The notes under the pieces are model-generated. The model made no database searches. It was not told where the DNA came from and was given only the letters and a program-made list of their open reading frames with translations. This document shows, piece after piece, positions 19,943 through 32,678 of a stretch of 64,000 nt of DNA; the stretch's first letter is position 1, and every line of letters begins with the position of its first letter. A program made the translations under genes and the position numbers. Source of the stretch: Caldisericia bacterium (GTDB lineage Bacteria; Caldisericota; Caldisericia; JAAYUI01); the NCBI GenBank assembly GCA_017999835.1, contig JAGNLA010000006.1, forward strand, positions 1 to 64,000, read 5' to 3'.

Positions 19943-20716
19943 ATGAAAATAATTGTCTGCGCAAAGCAGGTTCCTGATCCTGAAAAATTTCCTGTAGGCA
20001 GATATAGAGACGACAAAAGACTCGATAGGGATGCGTTTCCATTTACCGTTAACCCAATCGACAAGAATGCGACAGAGTTGGCGTTGACATTTGCAGGCGA
20101 TGAACCTGTCAGAGTTGTGACCATGGGCCCTTCGTCAGCGGTTTCTGCAATAAGAGAAATTCTTTCACTCGGTGTATCAAACGCCACCCATATCTGTGAT
20201 CCACAGCTATCCGGGGCTGATTTGCTCAAGACAGCGAAGGTGTTGACTGCAACAATAAAAAAATATGGAGCTTTTGACCTTATTGTTTGTGGTAAGCAAA
20301 CAACCGATTCCATGAATTCATCCATTCCGGCAATGGTGGCTGAGCTCCTTGGAGTGCCTTCACTGCTAGGTGTTGAACAGGCACAAATTGTTGATGGTTA
20401 TCTGGAAGCCAAAACCTTGACCGATGCCGGTTTGACAACATGGAAGCTCCAGTTGCCAGCCGTTATCTCGGTCACCAAGAATATCAACATTCCAAGACTC
20501 CCTTCATTGAGAGGTATGACAAAAGCCATGTCGGTACCCATTGATACCTTTGACCTTGCAGCACTTGATCTTTTGCTAGACGATGAGTCTTTGTCGATTC
20601 TTTCTCAGGAACCCGTGTCAAGACAGATTGAAACGGTGATGGTGGAAGGACAGACCGCAGCAGATAAGGCTGAAAACCTCGTCGCTTCTCTCAAGGAGAA
20701 AGGGGTGACACTGTGA
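19943..20716 (+). CDS. etfB: Electron transfer flavoprotein beta subunit
   Basis: MKIIVCAKQVPDPE... N-terminus, a length of 257 aa, and overlap with etfA. Confidence 0.9.
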   Translation: MKIIVCAKQVPDPEKFPVGRYRDDKRLDRDAFPFTVNPIDKNATELALTFAGDEPVRVVTMGPSSAVSAIREILSLGVSNATHICDPQLSGADLLKTAKVLTATIKKYGAFDLIVCGKQTTDSMNSSIPAMVAELLGVPSLLGVEQAQIVDGYLEAKTLTDAGLTTWKLQLPAVISVTKNINIPRLPSLRGMTKAMSVPIDTFDLAALDLLLDDESLSILSQEPVSRQIETVMVEGQTAADKAENLVASLKEKGVTL

Positions 20717-21678
20717 AAAACATCTGGGTCGTTGGTGAAATTCAGAACGGTTCCATCACGGAGTTAACCTCTGAAATGCTCGGGGCTGGATACAAGATAA
20801 GTGAAACCGAATACTCTGAAACGGCGATGGTGCTTGTCGGTTCGAATCTTCTTGAGCATTCGCCTGTTTTTGGAAGAATGGGGCAACCTTTAACCATTCT
20901 CATTGATGCAGAAAACATTGTTGGTTTTGAGGCGGATTTGGTAGCTCGTGAAGTTGCTGATCTGGCAGTAAACCGAAAACCCAACTTAATAATATGTCCA
21001 ATGACACCATGGGGTCAGGAAGTTGCAGCAAGGATTTCGGCCAGGGCAAACTATCCTCTGGTGACCGATGTTTCAGACGTTGTGTATGACGATGGCATTA
21101 AAGTTCAGAGAACTGCTTTCGGTGGACAATCAAAAACCACGCTTGCTCTTCCTGACGCAGTGGTCATAACACTCCGACCACATGTCTGCCAGGCTCCAAA
21201 ACCAGCAGAAATTACAACTACACTGGAAAGACTTGAGGCTGCCCTTGCCGTTCCGGATGCCAGAAAGAGTGTTATAAAAATTGACCCTATCTGTGACGAA
21301 GGTCCTGCTCTTGGCGACGCCCAGGTTATCGTTTCTGGTGGAAGAGGTTTGGTAAACAAAGAGAATTTTGAATTGATTAAAAACCTTGCCAAAGAACTCG
21401 GGTGTGCATACGGAGCGTCTCGCGCAGTGGTAGATGCAGGATGGGTTGATTCAACCCATCAGGTTGGTCTGACAGGCAAGATCGTTTCACCAAGATTATA
21501 TATAGCGTGTGGCATCTCGGGTGCCGACCAGCACCTGGCTGGCATGAGAACAAGCGACATCATCGTTGCGATCAATCGCGATCCGGATGCGCCGATATTC
21601 AAGATTGCAAGCTATGGAATCGTTGGTGACTGCATGGAGGTTCTGCCAGCGTTGCTTGAGGCACTTAAGAAACAGTAA
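20713..21678 (+). CDS. etfA: Electron transfer flavoprotein alpha subunit
   Basis: C-terminal FAD-binding signature [19 protein letters not shown]; 321 aa. Confidence 0.9.
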   Translation: MKNIWVVGEIQNGSITELTSEMLGAGYKISETEYSETAMVLVGSNLLEHSPVFGRMGQPLTILIDAENIVGFEADLVAREVADLAVNRKPNLIICPMTPWGQEVAARISARANYPLVTDVSDVVYDDGIKVQRTAFGGQSKTTLALPDAVVITLRPHVCQAPKPAEITTTLERLEAALAVPDARKSVIKIDPICDEGPALGDAQVIVSGGRGLVNKENFELIKNLAKELGCAYGASRAVVDAGWVDSTHQVGLTGKIVSPRLYIACGISGADQHLAGMRTSDIIVAINRDPDAPIFKIASYGIVGDCMEVLPALLEALKKQ

Positions 21679-21731
21679 CCTTCAACGTCAAGGTTTTCTA
21701 TCATTTTTTATTGTGTTTTTAAAGAGAATTC

Positions 21732-23504
21732 TTGAACCAACCGCAATCTTTAGGCATACTCATTAACATGAGGTTGCTTTCACTGGTTGCGGTCTTTTTT
21801 TTACTGTTTGGTGCTATCCCAACAAACATTTCTGGGGATTCATTCTTTGAGAAAGCAGATGATTATCAAAAACAGTTTGTCGATGCCCCACCAGTCTACT
21901 CATATGCTGATGGCAAGATTATAAAAAAAGGGTGCAAAGTTCTTTCCACCCAATCTTTGGAACCAGACTCAAAGATAATTATCAATTATGATGGCAGCAC
22001 CGGTTTTGCCCCCGACGAGTTGGAGTACATTAAAAACTTTATCGAGGGTGGCGGAGAGTTTAAAGTTGGGATGGCCAAGTGCATAGAAATGGTGTTTGGT
22101 AAAGCTTTTTTTGGTGTGACTGTCAATCTGGTTAAAACCGACTCCAAGGATTCAAAGTACGATTCCCAATTGCAAACTGTTTTTCTTAAACCTGATGTGT
22201 GCAAGGCTGGTGACCTTTTTACAAAAATTGAAACCCTTGCTCACGAACTCATACATGCCCACTCGGATGTTTTGATGAAACCGATGAACTGCTACGAGGA
22301 AGGGATGACTGTTGCCATGACAGACCTTGCTGGTAAGTTGTTTTGTCAGTTTAACGGGGTAACCGGCAGGGCAGCTGAAGTTTTCGATGGACCACCAGCA
22401 GGAACCAGAGATTATGATTTGTTAAACCAGGAGGCAGCAGCAGCAACGAATGGTTTTTTCTGGACAACTTCGGATTTAACCTATCGTCGGGTCGTTGGTG
22501 CAAGCGAACGTTACAGGCTAGCTGGCACTGCCTGGTGGAAGATCTGGCGGCAAACTGTTCCTGGCAATATTGATATCGACGACCCAAACACATATGGCTC
22601 AGGCACGTTCTTTGTGGATTTTAACAAGGAATTCTACAACACCTTCAGGCCATGGGTGGACACAGGCAGAAGGTTTGTTTTTGACGACGACGTCATCAAG
22701 CTCATAAAGCTCCAGATGAAACGTGTTTTAACCAACGACAAGGGCAACTCGTTCATTGAAGGTCAGGATTTTGATGAATGGTATGAGTCACAGTACATAT
22801 TAAATGTAGGTGTCAATGAAGGGCCAAAACTCTATGTGAACCAGTCCTGGCAGCCCACGCTCGCGCCCTCGGGTGGGCTTTGGAACGCCTGTGGATTTCC
22901 ACAGATTTCATATTTCTACAAGGATGCCCAGGGCAACGAGAACCTCCTGAGTGGAAAATTAAAAGTTGAAATTTCGTCTTTGGCGCAGGTCGATTATGGA
23001 CAACCTTTGACTTGCCAGTCTCGTTTTGTTTTCTGGAACAATGGCAATGTTAAGCCAGCTGCCTGGCAGGAGTATGAGATTGAGAATGGACAGATAGCTG
23101 CACTTTCGAAAACCTCTTCAACGCTGGGCGCTTTGGACTTTTCACAGATACTCCGAAGAGGGTGCAAGATCGTTTTAACCGCGTCAACTTTTGATGATCT
23201 CTATGAGGTTAGACGTGAACTTTTCTTCCCGGTAAAGATTGGTGTGGAGAGGAATTCTGGTCTGTGTTACGGAACCATTGATGTCTCAAAACCGGGAACT
23301 TTGAGGTGTGAAAGAAGCTCTTTCCCGGAAGTAAAGCAGGTAATTCCAATTAACGGTGATGGGACATACATGGTAAGTTTTGGGCCGGCAGACATAATAA
23401 CATTTTACTATACGACCATAGACGATCTGGGCGAGGAGACAACCGAAGAGATAACCGTTGTTGCTGGCACAAAAGAGATGATCAAAAACCTAACTTTCAG
23501 ATAA
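21732..23504 (+). CDS. Secreted putative zinc metallopeptidase (HExxH)
   Basis: Signal peptide (MRLLSLVAVFFLLFGAIP) and a zincin motif LAHELIHAHSD. The remainder of the sequence is novel. Confidence 0.55.
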   Translation: MNQPQSLGILINMRLLSLVAVFFLLFGAIPTNISGDSFFEKADDYQKQFVDAPPVYSYADGKIIKKGCKVLSTQSLEPDSKIIINYDGSTGFAPDELEYIKNFIEGGGEFKVGMAKCIEMVFGKAFFGVTVNLVKTDSKDSKYDSQLQTVFLKPDVCKAGDLFTKIETLAHELIHAHSDVLMKPMNCYEEGMTVAMTDLAGKLFCQFNGVTGRAAEVFDGPPAGTRDYDLLNQEAAAATNGFFWTTSDLTYRRVVGASERYRLAGTAWWKIWRQTVPGNIDIDDPNTYGSGTFFVDFNKEFYNTFRPWVDTGRRFVFDDDVIKLIKLQMKRVLTNDKGNSFIEGQDFDEWYESQYILNVGVNEGPKLYVNQSWQPTLAPSGGLWNACGFPQISYFYKDAQGNENLLSGKLKVEISSLAQVDYGQPLTCQSRFVFWNNGNVKPAAWQEYEIENGQIAALSKTSSTLGALDFSQILRRGCKIVLTASTFDDLYEVRRELFFPVKIGVERNSGLCYGTIDVSKPGTLRCERSSFPEVKQVIPINGDGTYMVSFGPADIITFYYTTIDDLGEETTEEITVVAGTKEMIKNLTFR

Positions 23505-23527
23505 ATGGTTAAGAGAGGTAAAACTCG

Positions 23528-24007
23528 ATGGACAGTGTGTTTTGGATAATCGAAAGATCGCTTTGTGGGAGGCCTGGGCCAGCAGAATCTCCGTGGAATG
23601 TTAACGAACTCTACGATGGCGGCATCAGGGCGATTATTTCACTTGACCAAGATGACGTTGACCATCAGGCGATTAATGACGCCGGTATTGAACATATGTC
23701 TTTTGCCCTGCCCGATTCAATCCCACCAACTGATGAAGATGCAACGCTCTGGCAGAAGGTTTTGCCTCAAGCCTTCAACTATATTAAAAAGTGGACGTCT
23801 GACAGCCAAGGTGCCATAATGGTTCACTGTCATGCCGGGAAAGACAGGACTGGAGTGCTTTTGGGGTCATACTTAACCATTGTTGAAGGACTTGATCCGA
23901 AGGATGCGTTTTCAAGGCTAAGAGTGGCCAGACCTGTGGCGATGACCTCAGAAGGTTATGAAGCATTCTTTTTTGATCTTATGTATAAAATCAAGCATCA
24001 AAGATAG
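23528..24007 (+). CDS. Dual-specificity/tyrosine protein phosphatase
   Basis: P-loop HCHAGKDRTG (CX5R) and a length of 159 aa. Confidence 0.8.
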   Translation: MDSVFWIIERSLCGRPGPAESPWNVNELYDGGIRAIISLDQDDVDHQAINDAGIEHMSFALPDSIPPTDEDATLWQKVLPQAFNYIKKWTSDSQGAIMVHCHAGKDRTGVLLGSYLTIVEGLDPKDAFSRLRVARPVAMTSEGYEAFFFDLMYKIKHQR

Positions 24008-24440
24008 TTTTTTTAGAATCACTCACTAAAACATATTAGCAGTCACTAATACATTCAATTAGTTGAACATTTTGTAAGTTTTTCAAAAAATACTGAAATA
24101 TCCAGTCTTTTATCCTCGTCGAACTTTTTTTGCATCTTTATGTGGAGATAACATTCATAAAATCTATGTTTGTTGCCAATGTTAAAGACAAGGTGAAATC
24201 CTTGAACTTGGGTTTTCGACCCCAAAAACACCCCTTGGTCGTTGGCGTTCATTTTACCAAAAAATAGTTTTTTTGGTAAAAGGTTTCGGTATTATCTATC
24301 GCGTTGGCAAAATTGACACCTTGAAAGTCGAAAGTTAAACATCTTGACCCCAAAGCGGTAAATCGCAAAAGGGTCACCTGTAATAAACCTTGCATTAATC
24401 ACAATCTCTCGAGTTCGTTGACAAGGTTTAAATCAGGGTG

Positions 24441-24468
24441 TTGACATTCGGTTTCATTTTGCTATCAT
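24441..24468 (+). promoter_or_regulatory. rRNA promoter P2 (TTGACA-16-TATCAT)
   Basis: Near-consensus -35 and -10 elements about 70 nt upstream of the 23S 5' processing stem. A weaker candidate P1 (TTGACA-17-TAAACA) lies at 24314-24342. Confidence 0.55.
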
Positions 24469-24534
24469 AGAACCTCGTCACGGTTCGGTACGAACCTGAG
24501 GACTGCAAGAAGCGGTACCTTGAAAACTATGTAG

Positions 24535-27478
<2,944 letters not shown>

Positions 27479-27553
27479 TTTATATAAAACCTACATAGTT
27501 TTCAGAGCACCGCTTCGTGTAAAATTGAAAAGGCGAAAGCTTTTATTCAAAAA

Positions 27554-27674
<121 letters not shown>

Positions 27675-27748
27675 CTTTTTGCATTTCTGCCAATTACTAT
27701 AGTTGATTTTTATTTGTAATAAAATAATATCTTATAAGGTGCTAGAGA

Positions 27749-29016
27749 ATGAAAACACTACGCTTTATAGATCTTTTTGCTGGATTAGGTGGCACAAGAA
27801 TCGGTTTTGAAAATGCTTGCAAGAATAACATGTTTAACTATGAATGTGTCTTTAGTAGTGAAATAAAACCATATGCAGTTAAAGTTTATAAAGAGAACTT
27901 TAATGAATCTTCATATTGTGATATAACTAAGGTTAATTCTAAGGATATTCCAAATTTTGATTATTTATTGGCAGGATTCCCATGCCAATCATTTAGCAGC
28001 GCAGGTTTAAAACAAGGCTTTAATGATGTAAGAGGTAATCTTTTTTTGATATAATAAGAATATTAAAAGATAAGTCACCGAGAGGATTTCTACTTGAGAA
28101 TGTTGATGCTCTTTTGGTACATGATAAAGGAAAAACATTTAATGTAATTAAAGAAAATCTTGTTAACTTAGGTTATGACGTTGTTTATTCTATATATAAC
28201 TCAAAAGACTTTGGAATACCACAAAACAGAAAACGTTTATATATCTGGGGTACAAAAAATAAAAATTCTAGATTCGAAATTATTAAAAAAGAGAAAAAGG
28301 TTATTAATGATATATTAGAAGATAATATTGAAAATGATAAGTCTGCTTTTATAGACTATTTGTTAAAAATGTACCCTATCGATTTTTTAATCGGAAAATC
28401 AATAAAAGACAAACGTGGTGGACACACCAATATTCATAGTTGGGATTTAAATTTAAAAGGTGAAACAACAACTGAACAAAAACGATTGTTGAATATGTTA
28501 CTAAAAAAAAGAAGATTGAAAAAATGGGCAATTAATAAAGGTATTAATTGGATGGATGGTATGCCATTAACATATAACGAAATAAGTACTTTTTATTATT
28601 CAGAAAACCTACTATCTATTCTTAATGATTTAACTAATAAAGGATATTTAAAATATGAGCACCCTAAGGAGTTAATAACTGTAAATGGAATAAAAAAAAG
28701 AGTTTATGCAAAAGATAAAGAGAAAGGTTATAATATTGTAGCTGGAAAATTATCCTTTCCAATTGCTCGAATACTTGATCCATTTGATATTTGTCCAACA
28801 TTAGTGGCAACAGAAGTTGGAAAATATGTAATTCCAACCACCAATGGGTTAAGAAGATTTACAATTAGAGAAGGGTTAAGATTGGCAGGATTTCCAGATT
28901 CATATAAATTGGATTTTTTATCATACGATGAGGCCTTTGATTTATTAGGAAATACAATTACTCCAATTGTAGTAGAAAGCATATTAGATAAGGTAATAAA
29001 AGATGAATGCAACTGA
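27749..29016 (+). pseudogene. DNA (cytosine-5) methyltransferase, frameshifted at a T7 homopolymer
   Basis: Motif I DLFAGLGGTRIGF and motif IV GFPCQSFS lie in frame 1 (27749-28054). ENV (RGFLLENVDALL) and QNRKRLYIWG lie in another frame that continues to 29016. One extra T in the T7 run at 28041-28047 would restore RGNLFFDIIRILKD... Confidence 0.85.
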
Positions 29017-29656
29017 AATAAAAAATTTATTAGAATCTACGGTATTATTTAATAAAGGTAGTATAGAATTTACTTTAGCGAATATAAAAACGATTATAGG
29101 GGATATAAATATAGTTGGTAATGTAATCCAAGATTGGTTGAAAGAGTTCTTTAATAAAAATTCTATTTATTATCGAATTCCTTCAAACACACAAGAATTT
29201 CCAGATTTTTTATTAAATACAGATAGCGACAAGTTGGATTTATTAGAAGTAAAATGTTTTACTAAAAGTCCTAATTTTGATATTGCAAACTTTTCAGCTT
29301 ATTGCAGATCATTAATTTGTAATGCATATAGATTAAATTCTGATTATTTAATATTTGAATATTCTCAATGTGATAATAAAATGATTGAAATTCAAAATAT
29401 TTGGTTAAAAAAAGTTTGGGAAATATGTGGATCTTCAGAAAGAGCACCTATAAACTTGCGATGGAAACAAAACCAGATATACAATATTAGACCTATAAGA
29501 TGGTTTTCAGATAAGAACAAAAATAAGCCTTTTAAATCTAGATTAGAATTTATAAATGCACTCGAATCTGTCTTGAAGCAAGATTCACATTACCAAAAAA
29601 ATTGGAAAAGAATGGTCATTGATAATTACTACAGCGAAACAGGCCAAGAGTTATAA
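29003..29656 (+). CDS. Putative type II restriction endonuclease (PD-(D/E)xK)
   Basis: It overlaps the MTase by 14 bp. It contains FPDFLL...DLLEVKCF (PD...ExK), has very low GC, and has no other homology clues. Confidence 0.55.
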   Translation: MNATEIKNLLESTVLFNKGSIEFTLANIKTIIGDINIVGNVIQDWLKEFFNKNSIYYRIPSNTQEFPDFLLNTDSDKLDLLEVKCFTKSPNFDIANFSAYCRSLICNAYRLNSDYLIFEYSQCDNKMIEIQNIWLKKVWEICGSSERAPINLRWKQNQIYNIRPIRWFSDKNKNKPFKSRLEFINALESVLKQDSHYQKNWKRMVIDNYYSETGQEL

Positions 29657-29801
29657 GAACTTTGATGACTGTATGTGTTTATTATCTAAGAGATAATATA
29701 TAGTTAAAACCCAAAAATTATACTACCCACGAGATTTATTCTGGTGGGTAGTACCTGATTCAGTAATTATTAAGATAAGTGTTAAACTAACAGCGAAGCT
29801 G

Positions 29802-30143
29802 TTAGATACTAAACACCTGCTTTATCTTCGCCTCGAGCATCTGCTTTGGCACGGCACCGATGAGTGTGTCGACTCTCTTGCCGCCGTCAAAGAAAATCAG
29901 GCTTGGGATCGAGGTCACGCCGTTTGCGCTGGCTGCTCTCTGCTGCTCGTCCACGTTGATCTTGCCAAATGTCACCTTGTCGCCCATCGTGCTGGCAAGC
30001 TCCTCAAAAATCGGGGCAATCATCCTGCACGGTCCGCACCAGGGAGCCCAGAAATCCACAACAACCTTTTTGCCAGACTTCACTGCTGCGTCGAAGTCGT
30101 CATCTGTCATGTGCACTACGCTCATCATATCCTCCAATTGCAT
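29802..30143 (-). CDS. trxA: Thioredoxin
   Basis: WAPWCGPC active site and a length of 113 aa. Confidence 0.92.
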   Translation of the reverse strand: MQLEDMMSVVHMTDDDFDAAVKSGKKVVVDFWAPWCGPCRMIAPIFEELASTMGDKVTFGKINVDEQQRAASANGVTSIPSLIFFDGGKRVDTLIGAVPKQMLEAKIKQVFSI

Positions 30144-30304
30144 CTTTCAGGGATAATGCTTATCCTGAAAATGTTTTTTCGTTCTTGACATAAATTTTAG
30201 TCAAGCCATTGGCACATGCAAGTACCCAGCTGTTAAGTTTGTCAAGTTTGTATAAAGCTTTGATGCCATTGACAAAAATAACGCCTTGGGTGGCTGCCGG
30301 AAGG

Positions 30305-30781
30305 TTAAGCGATGTCAGGACGGAGCGTTTTGAAAGCATCCATGAACCTTTCCGGGTTTCTGCACGAAAAGGCGTAGCGTCTGCCGGCAAAGTCGACCTC
30401 GATGATGTTACCCCAGAAGGTGTTGTAAAGGATCCTGCCGTCGACCATGTACCTTATGCCGATGCCAAAAGTCCTGCCAAAACCGGCTTTGCTTTGGGCA
30501 ATTCTGGTCACTTTGTCAACCGGAACCTTGATGACAAACGGCGGAAAGCCGAATCTGAGCATTTCCTCGTCGAGGGTGACAATCATCTTTGAAAAAATGG
30601 CAAGCGTTACGCCAAGAATAACTATGGCGATGGCTGTTGGCAACACCGCTACCCACGTGAATCCAGTTGTTTTGTATGCTTCAACGATTGCAATGACTGA
30701 GAAAATCGCAGTCACAGTAATTGCTACGGCAAGAATCGCCAAAAGACCTCTCTGAATCTCTTCAAACAGTTTTGTTTTCAT
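30305..30781 (-). CDS. Membrane protein with bacterial PH-like domain
   Basis: Two N-terminal TM helices followed by a small soluble domain. The assignment is composition-based. Confidence 0.45.
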   Translation of the reverse strand: MKTKLFEEIQRGLLAILAVAITVTAIFSVIAIVEAYKTTGFTWVAVLPTAIAIVILGVTLAIFSKMIVTLDEEMLRFGFPPFVIKVPVDKVTRIAQSKAGFGRTFGIGIRYMVDGRILYNTFWGNIIEVDFAGRRYAFSCRNPERFMDAFKTLRPDIA

Positions 30782-30910
30782 ACAAACTTTGACACTCCAA
30801 TTAGTGATTAGTTTTCAATTTTTTATCCTAATGTGTTGTACATTTAACAAAACCCGAGTAAACCAAAGGCAAGGTGGAAGTCTTAAAGAGGAGGCGAATA
30901 TGGGAAGATT

Positions 30911-32428
30911 TTGGAAAGTTTTGCGGCAGCGGCAGTTGTAGTTGCCTTGGGAATTCTGCCGTTTGTTGCGCCAAGGAATAAAAATACTGTCAGAGATGTT
31001 ACTATGTTTGTTGCGGCCAGACGGAAACCGTTGCTGACCAACAGTGACGCAGAAACAGCGAAAAGGTTTGAAATATCCTTTGATTCGACAAGCAGTCTTG
31101 CCTATGTATCAAACCCACTTGATGGCACGGTGATGAGGTTTGACGAAAATGGTCAATATTTCTACAACACAAAACTATGCAAGACTTTTATTTTGAACGA
31201 TTGTCCACCTGTAACATGGAGTGACCTAAATGGATATGTAAAAAAGAATAACTTTATAGATATCGATTACATAACCGATTCAATAAATCACAACGTTTTT
31301 GTGCCAAACGAAGGCTACATGTTTGCCAACCCGAAAGAAGCCACGCTTTTTGAACCGGTCCAGACGGCTGTCTTTGAGGATGCCAAGAACTGGCGGGAGT
31401 ATGTGATTGATAGAGCCGGCAATAAGCTCCTGAGTTTTGCCCATTTTGAAAGCAAAGAAAAATGTGATAGATATTCAAAAGTTTTGTGGTCTGTCCCTAA
31501 AAATAAAATGATGGGTAATGCACCAATTGGAGAAGACAACTACAGTTTCTCAGGTCCATCAGGTGTGTGCGTAGATGGAGTCGGCAATGTTTATGTGGCT
31601 GACACCGGTAACGACAGGATAATGAAGTACAGCTCCAAGGGCGAGTTCCAGAGTGTTTTCCAGCCAGGATTTGACAAACCCAGGGCAGTGGCCGTAAATG
31701 CCTATGGGAGCAGCATTTTTGTATGCGATTCAAACAATAAGAGGGTTGTGGCAATTGATACAAAGACAAAAAAGACAATCCTGACTGTCACCAATGCAAA
31801 ATTTGCCAATCCTGATGCAATCTGCCTTGATGCCCAAGGGGCAATCTGGGTAGGCGATTCGGTCTCAAACACGCTTTTCAAATTTTCAGGAACAAAGACC
31901 AAAAAACCCGGAGTTCCGGTTTTTGCTGTCAACGATGTCCTGACAAGCAAGAAATTCCCCAGGACAGTTCTTGAAATGGAGCTTATGAGGTACTCCTGCA
32001 AAAGAAACGAACAAACTGTAAAAATCAGACCCTATGCGCAGTATAAAAACAAGATTCCGTGTGTACCTATAGAATTTGTCTTTGACAACCTAATTAAAGA
32101 TGAGTCCAGGGGCGGCCTCGAAGGTTTCTCTTGTACCTTCGACGTAAACACAAAATGCCTGACAGTAAATGTTCCAGAAATCCAAGTCGGTGAAGGCAAG
32201 ACACTTGAAAAAAGAACAGTGTCCCTGTGCGTCGATTGTGACATGGCCACTGTCAATGGCAAAGACGTTTTGCTTTCAGGCAAGGTGACGATAATTGGTG
32301 GATCTGTTTTTGCCCCGGCCGTTGATCTGACGAAGCTCTTTGGGGTTGAGGTGTCTTTCAAGGAACCAAAAACTGAGCCGGTAACGCGTCGTCTTTCCAT
32401 GACGCTGGTTTTTCCTCCGATAAAATAG
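30911..32428 (+). CDS. NHL-repeat protein with C-terminal Cu-amine-oxidase-N1-like domain (paralog 1)
   Basis: TTG start after a GAGGAGG RBS. NHL repeats (GVCVDGVGNVYVADTGNDRIMKY, IFVCDSNNKRVVAID, IWVGDSVSNTLFKF). The C-terminus (IRPYAQYKNKIPCVPIEFVFDNL...GGSVFAPAVDLTKLFGVEV) is stalk-like. Confidence 0.7.
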   Translation: MESFAAAAVVVALGILPFVAPRNKNTVRDVTMFVAARRKPLLTNSDAETAKRFEISFDSTSSLAYVSNPLDGTVMRFDENGQYFYNTKLCKTFILNDCPPVTWSDLNGYVKKNNFIDIDYITDSINHNVFVPNEGYMFANPKEATLFEPVQTAVFEDAKNWREYVIDRAGNKLLSFAHFESKEKCDRYSKVLWSVPKNKMMGNAPIGEDNYSFSGPSGVCVDGVGNVYVADTGNDRIMKYSSKGEFQSVFQPGFDKPRAVAVNAYGSSIFVCDSNNKRVVAIDTKTKKTILTVTNAKFANPDAICLDAQGAIWVGDSVSNTLFKFSGTKTKKPGVPVFAVNDVLTSKKFPRTVLEMELMRYSCKRNEQTVKIRPYAQYKNKIPCVPIEFVFDNLIKDESRGGLEGFSCTFDVNTKCLTVNVPEIQVGEGKTLEKRTVSLCVDCDMATVNGKDVLLSGKVTIIGGSVFAPAVDLTKLFGVEVSFKEPKTEPVTRRLSMTLVFPPIK

Positions 32429-32678
32429 CAATCCAACAATCATAGCCACGACGTAGCGTTGTAGTTCCTCGATTTTGATTGCCATGTTGTTTTTTTGATT
32501 TCATAAAAATTAAGGAAGAAAAATCAAAACATTGTGTAACTTTATAATGATGATGGATTAGTGGCGTCTGCATAACCAACGGTTTTGGTTCAGATTTTAA
32601 CAAAACACCTTGCTGGTTTCGTTGATTTTAACAGATGTTAAATTATCCTGAAACGTAACCCACCAAGGAGGTGAGTCA

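Noticed and set aside
29722-29754. Hairpin TACTACCCACgagatttattctGTGGGTAGTA as a terminator of the R-M island
   Set aside because: It is a good stem but has no following T-tract on either strand. It could still be a structural element or an integration scar, but the evidence is insufficient.
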